Virus record (IMG/VR): IMGVR_UViG_2512047041_000010
Length of the DNA: 41,896 nucleotides
DNA from: a virus
Lineage: Duplodnaviria; Heunggongvirae; Uroviricota; Caudoviricetes
Strand: one strand, 5' to 3'
Shown: positions 18,787-28,173 of the stretch, piece after piece
How the letters are laid out: every line of letters starts with the position of its first letter
How positions within the stretch are numbered: the stretch's first letter is position 1
Notes under the pieces: model-generated
Database searches by the model: none
What the model saw: the letters and a program-made list of their open reading frames with translations, nothing else
Told to the model about the DNA's origin: nothing
Translations under genes and position numbers: made by a program

Positions 18787-21257
18787 CAGAATCCCCCAAC
18801 AGTAAGGCGAGGAATAACGGCAAGAACAGACAGCGGCAACGGATCAAGCTGACGGATTTTTACACGTCCGTTTTTGCCCCAGTTACTGTCCAGTTTCACT
18901 TCTACTTTTCCGGTAGCATCATCAACAGGATCATCGTAGAACTCGAATTCACGCTGTGGATATTCGTACCATTTACCGCCGGGCGTAGTCGCCCAGATGC
19001 CGCGACTGGCATTCACAACCAGAGTAACGGAGGGGATCACCTGTTTTTTGTCCAGCAGCGTTTCCTGTCCGTTAATGTTGATATCCAGTGTTTCGAATTC
19101 AGCAGTTATTGGCAGGCCGATGTGCACTACAGCCCCCGGAGATTCCAGCGTGACGGCACCTCCGGAAACCACTTTCTGTGGTTCCACGTTCGCATCAGAG
19201 AGAATGTTTACGGTCTGGCCTTCAAGATGAGACAGGCCTCCAAATGTCCGGCGCGCCATCTGCCAGTTCGTGGTGGCCACATTCCTAAGGGATGGCGGGA
19301 CGTTCCTGTTAGCACGAACCACTACAGCGGTATTGCTGGTTACAGAAATAATGTCGCAACGTAATTCTTTTGACACCTCATCGCCAGTATCAGGATCAGT
19401 TCCGGTATAAGGGAACTGTAGTTGCGCGCCGACATCACTACTGGTGAAGTACGCACCACCAGAAACACTGATTGTATATTCCGCGCGGTAATCCCATTCG
19501 CCAGAACCACCAGTGATGGTCATCGTTCTGTCAGACGTATTTCTTCCATCATAGCTAAGGCCAGAATCAACAAAGAAAGCATCTTCATCGCTGGTAAATA
19601 AACGGCTGGACAGTCGCTCGATGTATCTCACTGTTTGCCCGTTAACGGTTCGGTTAATGACGAAATACACCGCATCTTCATTGCCTTCGCTGATACTGCA
19701 TGTGCTTTCATATTTTCCGGTACTGGACTGTGGTGCCCATGCAAAAACCTGTTGATCACGCAAATAGGTCATCACCAGTAATTTACCGTCATCACGAATG
19801 CAGAAGGCGCTGGAGTAAGGGACTATCGAGAAGCACCAGTCAACAATGCTGTGCTTCTGAAAAAGATGATTGGCAAGGATGGTCAGGTCGTTCCCCTGAT
19901 AGCCGTCAACATCGAATGAGTAGGCCAGATCACGGACAACGCTGCCTTTCTCCTGGACGAACAGAGCAATATTCGCCACGGCAATTGGCGGGACGTTGCT
20001 TGAGCCATTTGATCCCTGAGAGCTGAATGCAAATGATGATGGGGTTAACACTTTGTTCTGGTCGCCGGTGATGACGTACTCACCTCCGGAAGTCAGCGCC
20101 ACCAGAGAACCAACATCAATCAGGTGGCGGATCTCATTAACCTGACGTCCGGCATAGGTGTAGATAATTCTGTCGTCATCCTGCGTAGGATTGCTTTTGC
20201 CAAAATCCTTATAATCCCCGGTACGGCTGGCCCAGATAGTCTGAGGAAACGCAGTCGATGCGGCGAAGTAAAGACGTTGTTGATAATAAACAACAGTGCC
20301 AGGATAACCATTAACACTGTTCCAGGCATATTTAGCCCATTTATAGCTGGCATTATCCTCGCCCACGACCTGCGAAGGGATATAGGAAATCACCTCGGCA
20401 GTTGCAGTAGTTCCATTTGCAGCAGTGATACGGGCAATGCCAAAACCACTGTGCAGATATTCCCACTCAATGCCAGTATCATCATCACCGGATCCGCCCC
20501 AGCCATCCCATGATGTGCCTTCTGTATGCGAAGGGCGCAAAGTACCTGTTTTGCCTGCTGTAACGGCGCGATAGTAGTTACTGTCTGCACGGCGAATATC
20601 GCCAATCGACGTACTCTTACTGGTTTCCCATACCGGCACAGAATCCACTGCAGGCTGTTCCAGATAGAACAATTTTCCTACCTGCTCCGCGCCAAAAATA
20701 GAGGCGCTTGCCGTTAGCGTAATTGTCCCGGTGCTGGCGCTGGCATAAACCGTCACTGACTCGTCAATATTGATATCTTCAAATGGCCCGTTCTTCGTTA
20801 CCACATCAACCAGTTGCCAGTTGTCATGCGCATAGCGGCGCAACTCTTTCGGCGGGTATGCCGGATGAACCAGCGTAAGCACGTCTGCGCTTTGCGTGAA
20901 TTTAATTCGGAACAGATCGGTTTCAGTATATGGCGTGGAAATTTCATAAATAACATTGCTGCTGTTCAGCACCAACGCACCATCTTTGATAACGCGCATG
21001 TACTGGTGTCCGAACTCCAGAGCATAAGTCTGAACCGTCGAGAACTGGAACGGGATCAGGCGGCATTTCCGATTTGGGTATTTGGCGGCACCGACAAAAC
21101 GCGTACCAGGTCGATTCTCAACTCCGCCATACTGCCGCACGATAAAGTTATCGCACTTGCGCAATGCCACCTGGTACTTCGCCATGTCGATACGACCGTA
21201 CAACGACGGTCCAATCTCACCACCGGCAAAGCTGGGCTGGATCCAACTGATAGCCAT
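18786..21257 (-). CDS. tail tubular protein B / nozzle (T7 gp12-like)
   Basis: 823-aa ORF after the gp11-like adaptor gene; size and order match a podovirus tail tube. Confidence 0.55.
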   Translation of the reverse strand: MAISWIQPSFAGGEIGPSLYGRIDMAKYQVALRKCDNFIVRQYGGVENRPGTRFVGAAKYPNRKCRLIPFQFSTVQTYALEFGHQYMRVIKDGALVLNSSNVIYEISTPYTETDLFRIKFTQSADVLTLVHPAYPPKELRRYAHDNWQLVDVVTKNGPFEDINIDESVTVYASASTGTITLTASASIFGAEQVGKLFYLEQPAVDSVPVWETSKSTSIGDIRRADSNYYRAVTAGKTGTLRPSHTEGTSWDGWGGSGDDDTGIEWEYLHSGFGIARITAANGTTATAEVISYIPSQVVGEDNASYKWAKYAWNSVNGYPGTVVYYQQRLYFAASTAFPQTIWASRTGDYKDFGKSNPTQDDDRIIYTYAGRQVNEIRHLIDVGSLVALTSGGEYVITGDQNKVLTPSSFAFSSQGSNGSSNVPPIAVANIALFVQEKGSVVRDLAYSFDVDGYQGNDLTILANHLFQKHSIVDWCFSIVPYSSAFCIRDDGKLLVMTYLRDQQVFAWAPQSSTGKYESTCSISEGNEDAVYFVINRTVNGQTVRYIERLSSRLFTSDEDAFFVDSGLSYDGRNTSDRTMTITGGSGEWDYRAEYTISVSGGAYFTSSDVGAQLQFPYTGTDPDTGDEVSKELRCDIISVTSNTAVVVRANRNVPPSLRNVATTNWQMARRTFGGLSHLEGQTVNILSDANVEPQKVVSGGAVTLESPGAVVHIGLPITAEFETLDININGQETLLDKKQVIPSVTLVVNASRGIWATTPGGKWYEYPQREFEFYDDPVDDATGKVEVKLDSNWGKNGRVKIRQLDPLPLSVLAVIPRLTVGGF

Positions 21258-21862
21258 CAGGACAACCTCGCAATGGTAAACTCGTCAACCGGTGGCAGTG
21301 GTTCCTGTGATTCATTCTGGCTATGCGAGCCAGCACTAAGAATCACGCGATTGTACATATTGAGGGCAAACGTACCGAGGTCTGCATTCCCAGTCAGCGC
21401 CATGTTAATAGCTGCCGCAAGACGCCAGGCCAACGCCTCCATAAAAATGGCATCAAACATGTTCACATCTGAAACGCGAGAGACATACTTGAGCCATGCC
21501 TGCGGCTGGTCTGTGTAGATCAACTTTCCTGTTCCGTTGGTGTCTGCACCAACTTCGTACTGAACGCGCATTGCTGCTGTTGGATTGCGTACACCAGGAA
21601 GCATAATTTCAGTAATGCGCAGACAATCGGACGGGTACTGATACGCATATTCCCAGTCAGGCGGTGGATTGCTCGTATCTGCAAGCGCCACGCGTTTGGT
21701 AGCAAAGTTCCAGTCAAAATCAGAAAGCACAGCATCACGGCAGGCCTCAAAGTGCAGCGAACATTCCCCCGCTTCCTTGCTGGCTTCCGTCAGGCTGTTA
21801 ATGCTGCGGCTATTGCCAATATTGGACAGCGCACGATTGCAGATCTCTACTACAGAGGCCAT
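21257..21862 (-). CDS. tail tubular protein A / adaptor (T7 gp11-like)
   Basis: 201-aa ORF between head genes and the large tail-tube gene. Confidence 0.5.
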   Translation of the reverse strand: MASVVEICNRALSNIGNSRSINSLTEASKEAGECSLHFEACRDAVLSDFDWNFATKRVALADTSNPPPDWEYAYQYPSDCLRITEIMLPGVRNPTAAMRVQYEVGADTNGTGKLIYTDQPQAWLKYVSRVSDVNMFDAIFMEALAWRLAAAINMALTGNADLGTFALNMYNRVILSAGSHSQNESQEPLPPVDEFTIARLS

Positions 21863-22191
21863 TACTCACCCCCATTGCCGTACAGGGTTTCAGCCGCTGA
21901 TTTTTCTACATCCCCGGAAACAGGAGCGATCGCCATATCAGTGATCTGCAGATCGGCGCTGCGATTAACACCATCGTCAGTTTCTCTGGCAGACAGGCCT
22001 CGAATAACAGCTTTTGCAGTTATCATCACTTCTGTTCCGACGCCCTGAGGTTGCGCCTTCAGCTTATTCAATGTGTCGTTATTAAGAGTGATGCACAGCC
22101 CCCACGGGTATTCATCGCGAGTTCTGGTTTCTCCGCTCTCATCCTGGTAGCTGTCAGTGCCGGTTTTGAGGTTTACGAGTTCCATATACAC
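21862..22191 (-). CDS. hypothetical virion-associated protein
   Basis: 109-aa ORF in the structural operon. Confidence 0.4.
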   Translation of the reverse strand: MYMELVNLKTGTDSYQDESGETRTRDEYPWGLCITLNNDTLNKLKAQPQGVGTEVMITAKAVIRGLSARETDDGVNRSADLQITDMAIAPVSGDVEKSAAETLYGNGGE

Positions 22192-22235
22192 TCCTGCAAT
22201 AAAGGGGCCGAAGCCCCTTGTCGGATTCGCGAGGC

Positions 22236-22580
22236 TTACACGCCTAGTTCTTTACGCTTATCTGCGATCTTCTCGCGGAGCGTTTCGGCTTTAGCGTTAT
22301 GGTGTGGCTTCTCGTTAAAGAGCAATTCGTACTCTTCACGGAGCTTATCCAGTTCACCATCATCTGACACATCGTTGATGATTTTGGTGCTGGTTGCTGC
22401 CATTGACACCTTTCCTGCAACTTTTGCTTTTGCCTGTCTGGCTGCATCGTTAACAGGTTCCAGTGCGCTACCAGGCTCACCTTCGTATTCGATTTCTGCC
22501 CCCTCCGGCCACAGAGTGTTATGGATATGAGAGAGGCGCAGAACGCGGTATCTTGGTTTCTCACCTGACATCGATATCAC
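22236..22580 (-). CDS. hypothetical virion-associated protein
   Basis: 114-aa ORF in the structural operon. Confidence 0.4.
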   Translation of the reverse strand: MISMSGEKPRYRVLRLSHIHNTLWPEGAEIEYEGEPGSALEPVNDAARQAKAKVAGKVSMAATSTKIINDVSDDGELDKLREEYELLFNEKPHHNAKAETLREKIADKRKELGV

Positions 22581-22581
22581 C

Positions 22582-23019
22582 TTAACCAGTTACTTTTGAG
22601 CGGATCGGATACGGCGTATTGGCATCAACATCAAGACTGATACCAGCAGTGAATTCGCCAGCCGTAAGTGGGCCAGTTGCGACGGAGTAGTTAACACGCA
22701 GATATCGCTGAACACCGGCAGGCACCTTTGCAGAAACAACTCGTTTACCTGCTGTCAGGGCGGTCTTTGCCAGTGCGCCACTATCATAAATAGTGGTCCA
22801 TGAGCTGTTATTCTCACTCGTCTGCAACTGGATGTTTACAGTTGCATCACCGCTTGCTGCGGCGGCTGCGTTAACCAGCGCCCAAAACTCAAGCGGGTAA
22901 CCCACGCCGATATCACGACGTTTTCCGTCAATTGGACCGAGATCGATTACGTCAGTAGAAGCCGCGGTATTCGTAACCGCCTGAGCTTCGGAGAACATCA
23001 ACAGTTTGTCGGTGATCAT
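22582..23019 (-). CDS. putative capsid decoration/minor capsid protein
   Basis: 145-aa ORF directly downstream of the major capsid gene; beta-rich composition. Confidence 0.4.
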   Translation of the reverse strand: MITDKLLMFSEAQAVTNTAASTDVIDLGPIDGKRRDIGVGYPLEFWALVNAAAAASGDATVNIQLQTSENNSSWTTIYDSGALAKTALTAGKRVVSAKVPAGVQRYLRVNYSVATGPLTAGEFTAGISLDVDANTPYPIRSKVTG

Positions 23020-23070
23020 CTTCTTTCTCCATTAGTGGGTCTGTTACGACCCACAGGTTAATAACAGGCG

Positions 23071-24063
23071 TTACACCACGCGGGCTTCTGTTTCCAGAAG
23101 CGCATCAGTTTCACGGATTGGTATACCACGGAATGAAGTCCACCACTCGCCTTCTGTCTCTTTTACGCTGATAGCCAGAGATGTTTTCTCCAGAGACTGC
23201 AGATCAAGAGCCTGGCCTACAGTGCGGTTCATGTAGAACACCGGGCGGCCCATGCCACGGTTTGGAATGCGATGTAGTGCTTTAACCATCAACTTCGCAA
23301 TATTTGCGGCAGAGGATGGTTCTGAAAGATTGCTGACATCGATGTTTGCAATGCGAACAACATAACGCCAGTCACGCAGAGCAAGTCCGTTATCCCATTT
23401 GTAATGGGTGCGATAGCCTTCGTACTTGCCGCCATTAGCATCTTCCAGTGTCACCTGGCCTTTATCTTCCATCTGGATGCCAGCCTTCTGCCCTTTCGGG
23501 AAGATGCCATGCACGGTGTTTTCGCCCCACACCACTAACCAGATTGAGGTGTTATCTGTACCCGTGCCACCAGCATCAATGATGTTCTGAGCATTACCCG
23601 CAGACAGGCTGGAATAGCGGGAGGACAGTCCCATAAACTGCTGAGGGTTAACGCTGGAATCACCATAAAACAGCGTCTGCGCCATCTGCTGATTCATCGC
23701 TTCAATAAATGCGCGGTCTTCAGACAGGCGGAATTCGGCGGTATTGCCGTTCAGATCAGCCAGTGACTTATCGACTTCCGCATAGGTTTCCAGCATGCCA
23801 ACGGAATCGGTTACCTGCACTGTGGTTGATTTGCTTGGCTGTACGCCATAGTTCAGCAAACGCCAGGTAGCTGAAGGTAAACCAGAACGAATGGTGGTTC
23901 GGTGTCCGGTAGGAAGGTTCCCTTCGACAAAAGGCATATCCTGAAGGATCGGGTTAGTTTGACCGAGAAGCTCGATAATCTTATCGACTTTCCCGTTTGG
24001 ATCGACGCGCTTACCCCAGTCAGCCAGCGTCAGCGCAGTTAAGCCTTTAACAGCCATTGTCAT
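23071..24063 (-). CDS. major capsid protein
   Basis: 330-aa ORF following the scaffold-like gene, in canonical portal-scaffold-capsid order. Confidence 0.65.
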   Translation of the reverse strand: MTMAVKGLTALTLADWGKRVDPNGKVDKIIELLGQTNPILQDMPFVEGNLPTGHRTTIRSGLPSATWRLLNYGVQPSKSTTVQVTDSVGMLETYAEVDKSLADLNGNTAEFRLSEDRAFIEAMNQQMAQTLFYGDSSVNPQQFMGLSSRYSSLSAGNAQNIIDAGGTGTDNTSIWLVVWGENTVHGIFPKGQKAGIQMEDKGQVTLEDANGGKYEGYRTHYKWDNGLALRDWRYVVRIANIDVSNLSEPSSAANIAKLMVKALHRIPNRGMGRPVFYMNRTVGQALDLQSLEKTSLAISVKETEGEWWTSFRGIPIRETDALLETEARVV

Positions 24064-24071
24064 TTCCTCTC

Positions 24072-24767
24072 TTATTTGCCATAGAGCACTTCGGCCGCAC
24101 TACGCTGGCCTTCATTACCACCGGTGACCATGCCATCTTCAGACATCGCCTTTCCGATTTTCACGAACGTTTTGACCAGATCAGGGTGATTACCCAGCCC
24201 GGTGGTGTTCAGATATTCTTTGAGTTCAGGTGTCCCGAACTTGTCAAGCGCACGCTGTGCGGCGCTAAGGTTAGAAATCAACTTGTCGCCACCGATTTCT
24301 TTGTCAGCTTTTACATCAGCAGCCCACTGCTCGGTTGTTTTCTGCCAGGCTTCTGCCTGGCGCTGCTGCACACCTGCCAGAATCTTCGGATAAGCATCAA
24401 CCAGCTTTTGCGCTTGCTCGTTGGTCAGGTTTAGTTCTCGCGCCACCGGCTCGAATTCCTTCAACGCTTCTGTATCCAGCTCTACGCCTTCGGCAGCCTG
24501 AAACTCGTACTTCTCAGGCGCACCCTCTGGTTTATCGCCGCCCTTTTTTTCATCCTGCTTATCGTTTTCAGGCTTTTTGTCATCAGCAGGTTTATCGCCA
24601 TCAGCAACAGGTTGTGGCTTATCACCTTCCTGTTGTGATGGATCACCAACTGGAGAAGGGTTATCACCTGCATGCGCTGACGGTTCTGACGCAGCCGGAG
24701 CTGCCCCACCATCGACTTGTTGCTCATTGCAAAGACGGCGATACAGCAAACGCTCAAATAAACTCAT
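24072..24767 (-). CDS. putative scaffolding protein
   Basis: Acidic, Pro/Lys/Asp-rich low-complexity N-terminal half and helical C-terminal half; SD AGGAG before the ATG at 24767. Confidence 0.5.
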   Translation of the reverse strand: MSLFERLLYRRLCNEQQVDGGAAPAASEPSAHAGDNPSPVGDPSQQEGDKPQPVADGDKPADDKKPENDKQDEKKGGDKPEGAPEKYEFQAAEGVELDTEALKEFEPVARELNLTNEQAQKLVDAYPKILAGVQQRQAEAWQKTTEQWAADVKADKEIGGDKLISNLSAAQRALDKFGTPELKEYLNTTGLGNHPDLVKTFVKIGKAMSEDGMVTGGNEGQRSAAEVLYGK

Positions 24768-24769
24768 GA

Positions 24770-25066
24770 TCACTCCTGTTCACTGGCCTCTTTGGCCATC
24801 TTCAAATACTGTTCAGGGCAATGCGCCATAACGCGCTGAAACAGTTCCAGCGCCAGATTGCGTTGCCCCTCATTAAATGCCATTGCCATAGCATCCATCG
24901 GAGAGATAGCGGAAAACACCCGGCCTTTCTCCAGCACCGACCAGACAACGCGACGCCCCTGTTCACTGCTCATGACAAAGCGAATGTCATCAATTTCACG
25001 CTGCGCCATGTCACGTTGCTTACGGGCGTTTTCTTCTTTCAGTTGATCGTCTTCGTAATCTGTCAT
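24770..25066 (-). CDS. hypothetical head-assembly protein
   Basis: 98-aa ORF between portal and scaffold genes. Confidence 0.4.
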   Translation of the reverse strand: MTDYEDDQLKEENARKQRDMAQREIDDIRFVMSSEQGRRVVWSVLEKGRVFSAISPMDAMAMAFNEGQRNLALELFQRVMAHCPEQYLKMAKEASEQE

Positions 25067-26742
25067 TGTGATTGCCCACCCTGACCACTAACTGCATTCG
25101 CCATAGCTGACAACACACTCGGATCCGAAGTTTTAGCTTCGCTTAGCGTCTTGGCCCCCTGTGCCGCCGCCATCCCCATCGCCATCATTTGTTGCTGCTG
25201 TTGTTGCTGTGCCCGTTGCTGGCGAGCCTGCTCAACCTGTTCCTGCGGAACAATGACGGTTGGAGACACTCCGGACATATCAGCGAATGCATCGATCGCC
25301 TGATCAACGTTGAGTTTGTCGAGAGCTTCTGGTTTCGCTTGCGCAAGTTGACCAATGAAGTTGACCGTAGACGCCAGACTGGACAGGCCGATAGACTTCT
25401 GCGCCTGAGCCATGACGGAAATGTATTCGACCTTCAGGGGCATACCTTCCATCGCGTCAGGCGGTGGCGGCAGCATGTTTTTACGCACCATCATCGAGAA
25501 AGAGCGGTCAATGAGAGGATTAAGACATTCGTCGTTCAGACGCTCCAGAACCGGCCCCAACATCAGAAGTTTTTCTTCTTTCATTTCGATCACCGCTTCA
25601 ACAGGCATCGAGCGGGTATTGATGTTCTGCAACATCATGAACAGATCGACAAAGTAGGCGCTGTTAATGATTTGACGAGTGTCCTGAATGTCTGCCACCA
25701 AATCTGCTGTACTGGGGTTAACCAGATAAGCAGGCCTGAAACCATCCTGACCAGTAATCTGATCGATATACGTGATGTCGCCAGGAAGAAGGGAGGCACG
25801 CTGATTCTTGAGGGAAGTCGGAGCAACCATCGGCGGATTGGTGGCTTTATCAATCAACTGCGACTTGCGCTTCTGGAGAAGCTGCAATGCCTTAACAGGT
25901 CCAAGCGCCAGCATACCCGGGCATGATGATCCATAAACATCTTCGCCGTTAACTTCCCAGCGCGGAGCCATAATTGGAAACTCATCGAATCCGGACTCAC
26001 GCAACAACTTGTCGTTATCGCCACCAACCTCGTAATAAACCGATTTGAATGGCTTGTTCTTGCTATCCAGCTTCGATGTATCGCGGTCAATGTTCGGGTA
26101 AACCGAATGCATCACTTCAATCCACTTCTCGTAGGTTCCGCTTTCCCACATGCTTTTTACGGATTCGCTGACGTTATTTAGCCCGAACTCCTGAACAAGC
26201 TGACGAACAGTCATAGAGAACTTGCGAAAACAGGTGTCCACACTGCCACGAGGTGAGTTAGCCAGGTAGTAACTGCCTATCGGGAATGGCATTGTGCGAA
26301 TGATGTCCTCGTCATCCTCCAGCACTGCCATTGCACCAGTGCTGTATGTGCCGAGGCTTCCGTATAACTGCGGCAGCGACTGATAGAGATTCGACTTATT
26401 GAACATATCGTTCATGCGGTTCTGCACCGCCTCAAGCCACAACTTAACAGGGCCATAGTCCATCATTTCAGGATCTGGCGTAGCCAGGCGAAACCACGGA
26501 CGGGCGGGGCTTGTTATGCCTGACATCATGCCGCTGGCAAGAGTGCGCGCCGCCATAGTCCCGGTCGAATCAATAATGCGTGTATTGCGTCGATCGTTAC
26601 GGTTAACCTCAGAAGTCAGAAAGCGGGAACCACGCGGGTTGATGTAATCACTCAACTCGCGCCAGTGCGGCTCGAACGACTGACGCTCGCTTTCAAGTTG
26701 TGCGAACTGTTTGTTCAATCGCTCTTTAGTTGTTTCCGCCAT
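25063..26742 (-). CDS. portal (head-to-tail connector) protein
   Basis: 559-aa ORF with Gln/Ala-rich C-terminal tail; first large structural gene; recognised as podovirus-type connector. Confidence 0.7.
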   Translation of the reverse strand: MAETTKERLNKQFAQLESERQSFEPHWRELSDYINPRGSRFLTSEVNRNDRRNTRIIDSTGTMAARTLASGMMSGITSPARPWFRLATPDPEMMDYGPVKLWLEAVQNRMNDMFNKSNLYQSLPQLYGSLGTYSTGAMAVLEDDEDIIRTMPFPIGSYYLANSPRGSVDTCFRKFSMTVRQLVQEFGLNNVSESVKSMWESGTYEKWIEVMHSVYPNIDRDTSKLDSKNKPFKSVYYEVGGDNDKLLRESGFDEFPIMAPRWEVNGEDVYGSSCPGMLALGPVKALQLLQKRKSQLIDKATNPPMVAPTSLKNQRASLLPGDITYIDQITGQDGFRPAYLVNPSTADLVADIQDTRQIINSAYFVDLFMMLQNINTRSMPVEAVIEMKEEKLLMLGPVLERLNDECLNPLIDRSFSMMVRKNMLPPPPDAMEGMPLKVEYISVMAQAQKSIGLSSLASTVNFIGQLAQAKPEALDKLNVDQAIDAFADMSGVSPTVIVPQEQVEQARQQRAQQQQQQQMMAMGMAAAQGAKTLSEAKTSDPSVLSAMANAVSGQGGQSQ

Positions 26743-26756
26743 TTCAATGACTCCGG

Positions 26757-26963
26757 TTACTGACCAAGCAGCGTTTTACCGCTGGTATTAGCGGTTGATG
26801 TGTCGCCCTGAGAACCGGTAAGCAGCGTAGAACTACGACCAGCAGCAGCGCGACGGCGACGAGTTTCTTCGTCGCGGGCATCAACAACGGCGGCATCCTG
26901 CTCCTGTGGTGCTGCCTGAACTTCTGGTGTTGCAGGCACTGATGGTGAGCTACCCATGCACAT
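26757..26963 (-). CDS. hypothetical small protein
   Basis: 68-aa ORF with SD GGAGT just upstream of the portal gene. Confidence 0.35.
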   Translation of the reverse strand: MCMGSSPSVPATPEVQAAPQEQDAAVVDARDEETRRRRAAAGRSSTLLTGSQGDTSTANTSGKTLLGQ

Positions 26964-27031
26964 ATCAATGACTCCGTACGCAATTAAATTATTACCAATT
27001 TAACCACATATGATTTATTTATCGTAGATAG

Positions 27032-27069
27032 TTGACATTTAACGCACAAATTATTACCTTTCAGGTAAC
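27032..27069 (+). promoter_or_regulatory. putative promoter (-35 TTGACA) with overlapping operator ATTACCTTTCAGGTAAC
   Basis: Consensus -35 hexamer at 27032..27037; the operator (27053..27069) covers the -10/+1 region; oriented toward the tRNA. Confidence 0.5.
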
Positions 27070-27390
27070 CAAAGAGTTCATTCCGGTTACTAACCTGACT
27101 GGCTTGTCGTTAAATTGAACAGGTGGAGTGAGCTTTTATTTTGAGCAGTACGGCGTATGGCACATGCGCCGATAGCGGTCTGGATACGTTTAAGGGGCAC
27201 CCTCCCTTGCTCGGGCAAACGAACCAGGTAGCCGGAATGTGCAAGTCGAGCGGTTTTATTCCGCGCACGGGGATTCACCATCCCGGCGATTCGGTGTGAC
27301 GCCTCGGAAGAGACGAGGGTACAACGATGAGAGCATTTATGGAGCCGCGACAAAGTGTGGCGCCTTAACAGGCTAAGTGCTCTCAGCGTT

Positions 27391-27467
27391 GTGGCATTAG
27401 CTCAGTTGGACAGAGCAACCGCCTTCTAAGCGGTTGGTCGCAGGTTCGAATCCTGCATGCCACGCCA
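27391..27467 (+). tRNA. tRNA-Arg (anticodon UCU)
   Basis: 77-nt cloverleaf: acceptor GTGGCAT/ATGCCAC, anticodon stem ACCGC/GCGGT with loop CTTCTAA, T-arm GCAGG-TTCGAAT-CCTGC, encoded CCA end. Confidence 0.9.
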
Positions 27468-27510
27468 GAATCACGCCTAAGGACCGTGATGCCAGAAGTT
27501 CCAGGGGATT

Positions 27511-27551
27511 GGCGGTGATTTTCCATTGAAGGACTATCACCGCCCTTTTTA
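27511..27551 (+). terminator. rho-independent terminator after the tRNA
   Basis: GGCGGTGAT ... ATCACCGCC stem followed by CTTTTT. Confidence 0.6.
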
Positions 27552-27628
27552 CAGCAGGACGCCATTGCGATGACTTCATGCTGTAAACCAGTACAGCCAC
27601 GGAAGGCATAACTCATTGCTTCCAGTTC

Positions 27629-27652
27629 GCCCGGGTCGCCGGGCATTTTTTT
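27629..27652 (+). terminator. GC hairpin plus U-run immediately upstream of the 27664 start (terminator/attenuator)
   Basis: GCCCGG-gtcg-CCGGGC followed by ATTTTTTT, ending 12 nt before the ATG and adjacent to the SD AAGGTGAG. Confidence 0.5.
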
Positions 27653-27663
27653 AAGGTGAGATC

Positions 27664-28083
27664 ATGAAAACAATTGATATGTTGGCTAAGTATCTAAATG
27701 AATGGCCATTAAAATATTCTCGTATCGTTCAGGCTGAAGACTGCGTTTTTTATGGCGTTTTTGCTGGTAATGAAATGCATTACGAAGTAATTCAGAGTGA
27801 GGGACTGGCCGGGTTAACTCTTAGCGAAGACCATGGTACTAGCGTTACGTTCCATGACTGGATAACAGCACAACGTTATGAAATGGAAAAAGGCGATGTG
27901 TTTGATATTTCTCGATCTGTTTACGCTAAAGCAAAAAGTGATAATGATTACATGAGCGAACACTTATACAACATGAAGTTACAATGCCTGCATGCGGCGC
28001 TTATTCAGAATGGGTACTTCGATAAAACAAGTGCCATCAATATTGCGGAAGCCATCAACGCTGGATTTAATGCCATTAAGTAA
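27664..28083 (+). CDS. hypothetical protein, 139 aa (AT-rich moron, no recognisable domain)
   Basis: SD AAGGTGAG; AT-rich codon usage unlike flanking genes; opposite strand to the late operon. Confidence 0.6.
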   Translation: MKTIDMLAKYLNEWPLKYSRIVQAEDCVFYGVFAGNEMHYEVIQSEGLAGLTLSEDHGTSVTFHDWITAQRYEMEKGDVFDISRSVYAKAKSDNDYMSEHLYNMKLQCLHAALIQNGYFDKTSAINIAEAINAGFNAIK

Positions 28084-28087
28084 CACC

Positions 28088-28099
28088 GTGACATGTCAC
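28088..28099. repeat. perfect 12-bp palindrome GTGACATGTCAC (copy 2 of 3)
   Basis: Five nt after the stop of the 27664..28083 gene, immediately before a terminator hairpin. Confidence 0.8.
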
Positions 28100-28130
28100 A
28101 AACAGCCAGCCGATGAGCTGGCTTTGTTTT
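28100..28130 (+). terminator. rho-independent terminator
   Basis: AGCCAGC-cgatga-GCTGGCT followed by TTGTTTT. Confidence 0.65.
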
Positions 28131-28173
28131 ATCCTCATCAGAGGATATCAACGACATTATCCCCACCAGCGGA

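Noticed and set aside
20814-21518. 234-aa plus-strand ORF
   Set aside because: Antisense to the tail tube and adaptor genes inside a tightly packed minus-strand operon; typical antisense ORF artefact.
25189-25926. 245-aa plus-strand ORF
   Set aside because: Antisense to the portal gene; His/Arg/Leu-rich composition typical of reverse-frame artefacts.
27090-27390. Possible second tRNA or tRNA pseudogene in the leader before tRNA-Arg
   Set aside because: No segment has a canonical T-loop with conserved A58 or a matching acceptor stem; retained only as an unclassified structured leader.
27511-27544. Lambda-type operator half-site TATCACCGCC in the hairpin after the tRNA
   Set aside because: Single occurrence forming a terminator stem; the repressor here is not lambda-CI-like and the real operator family is different, so this looks coincidental.
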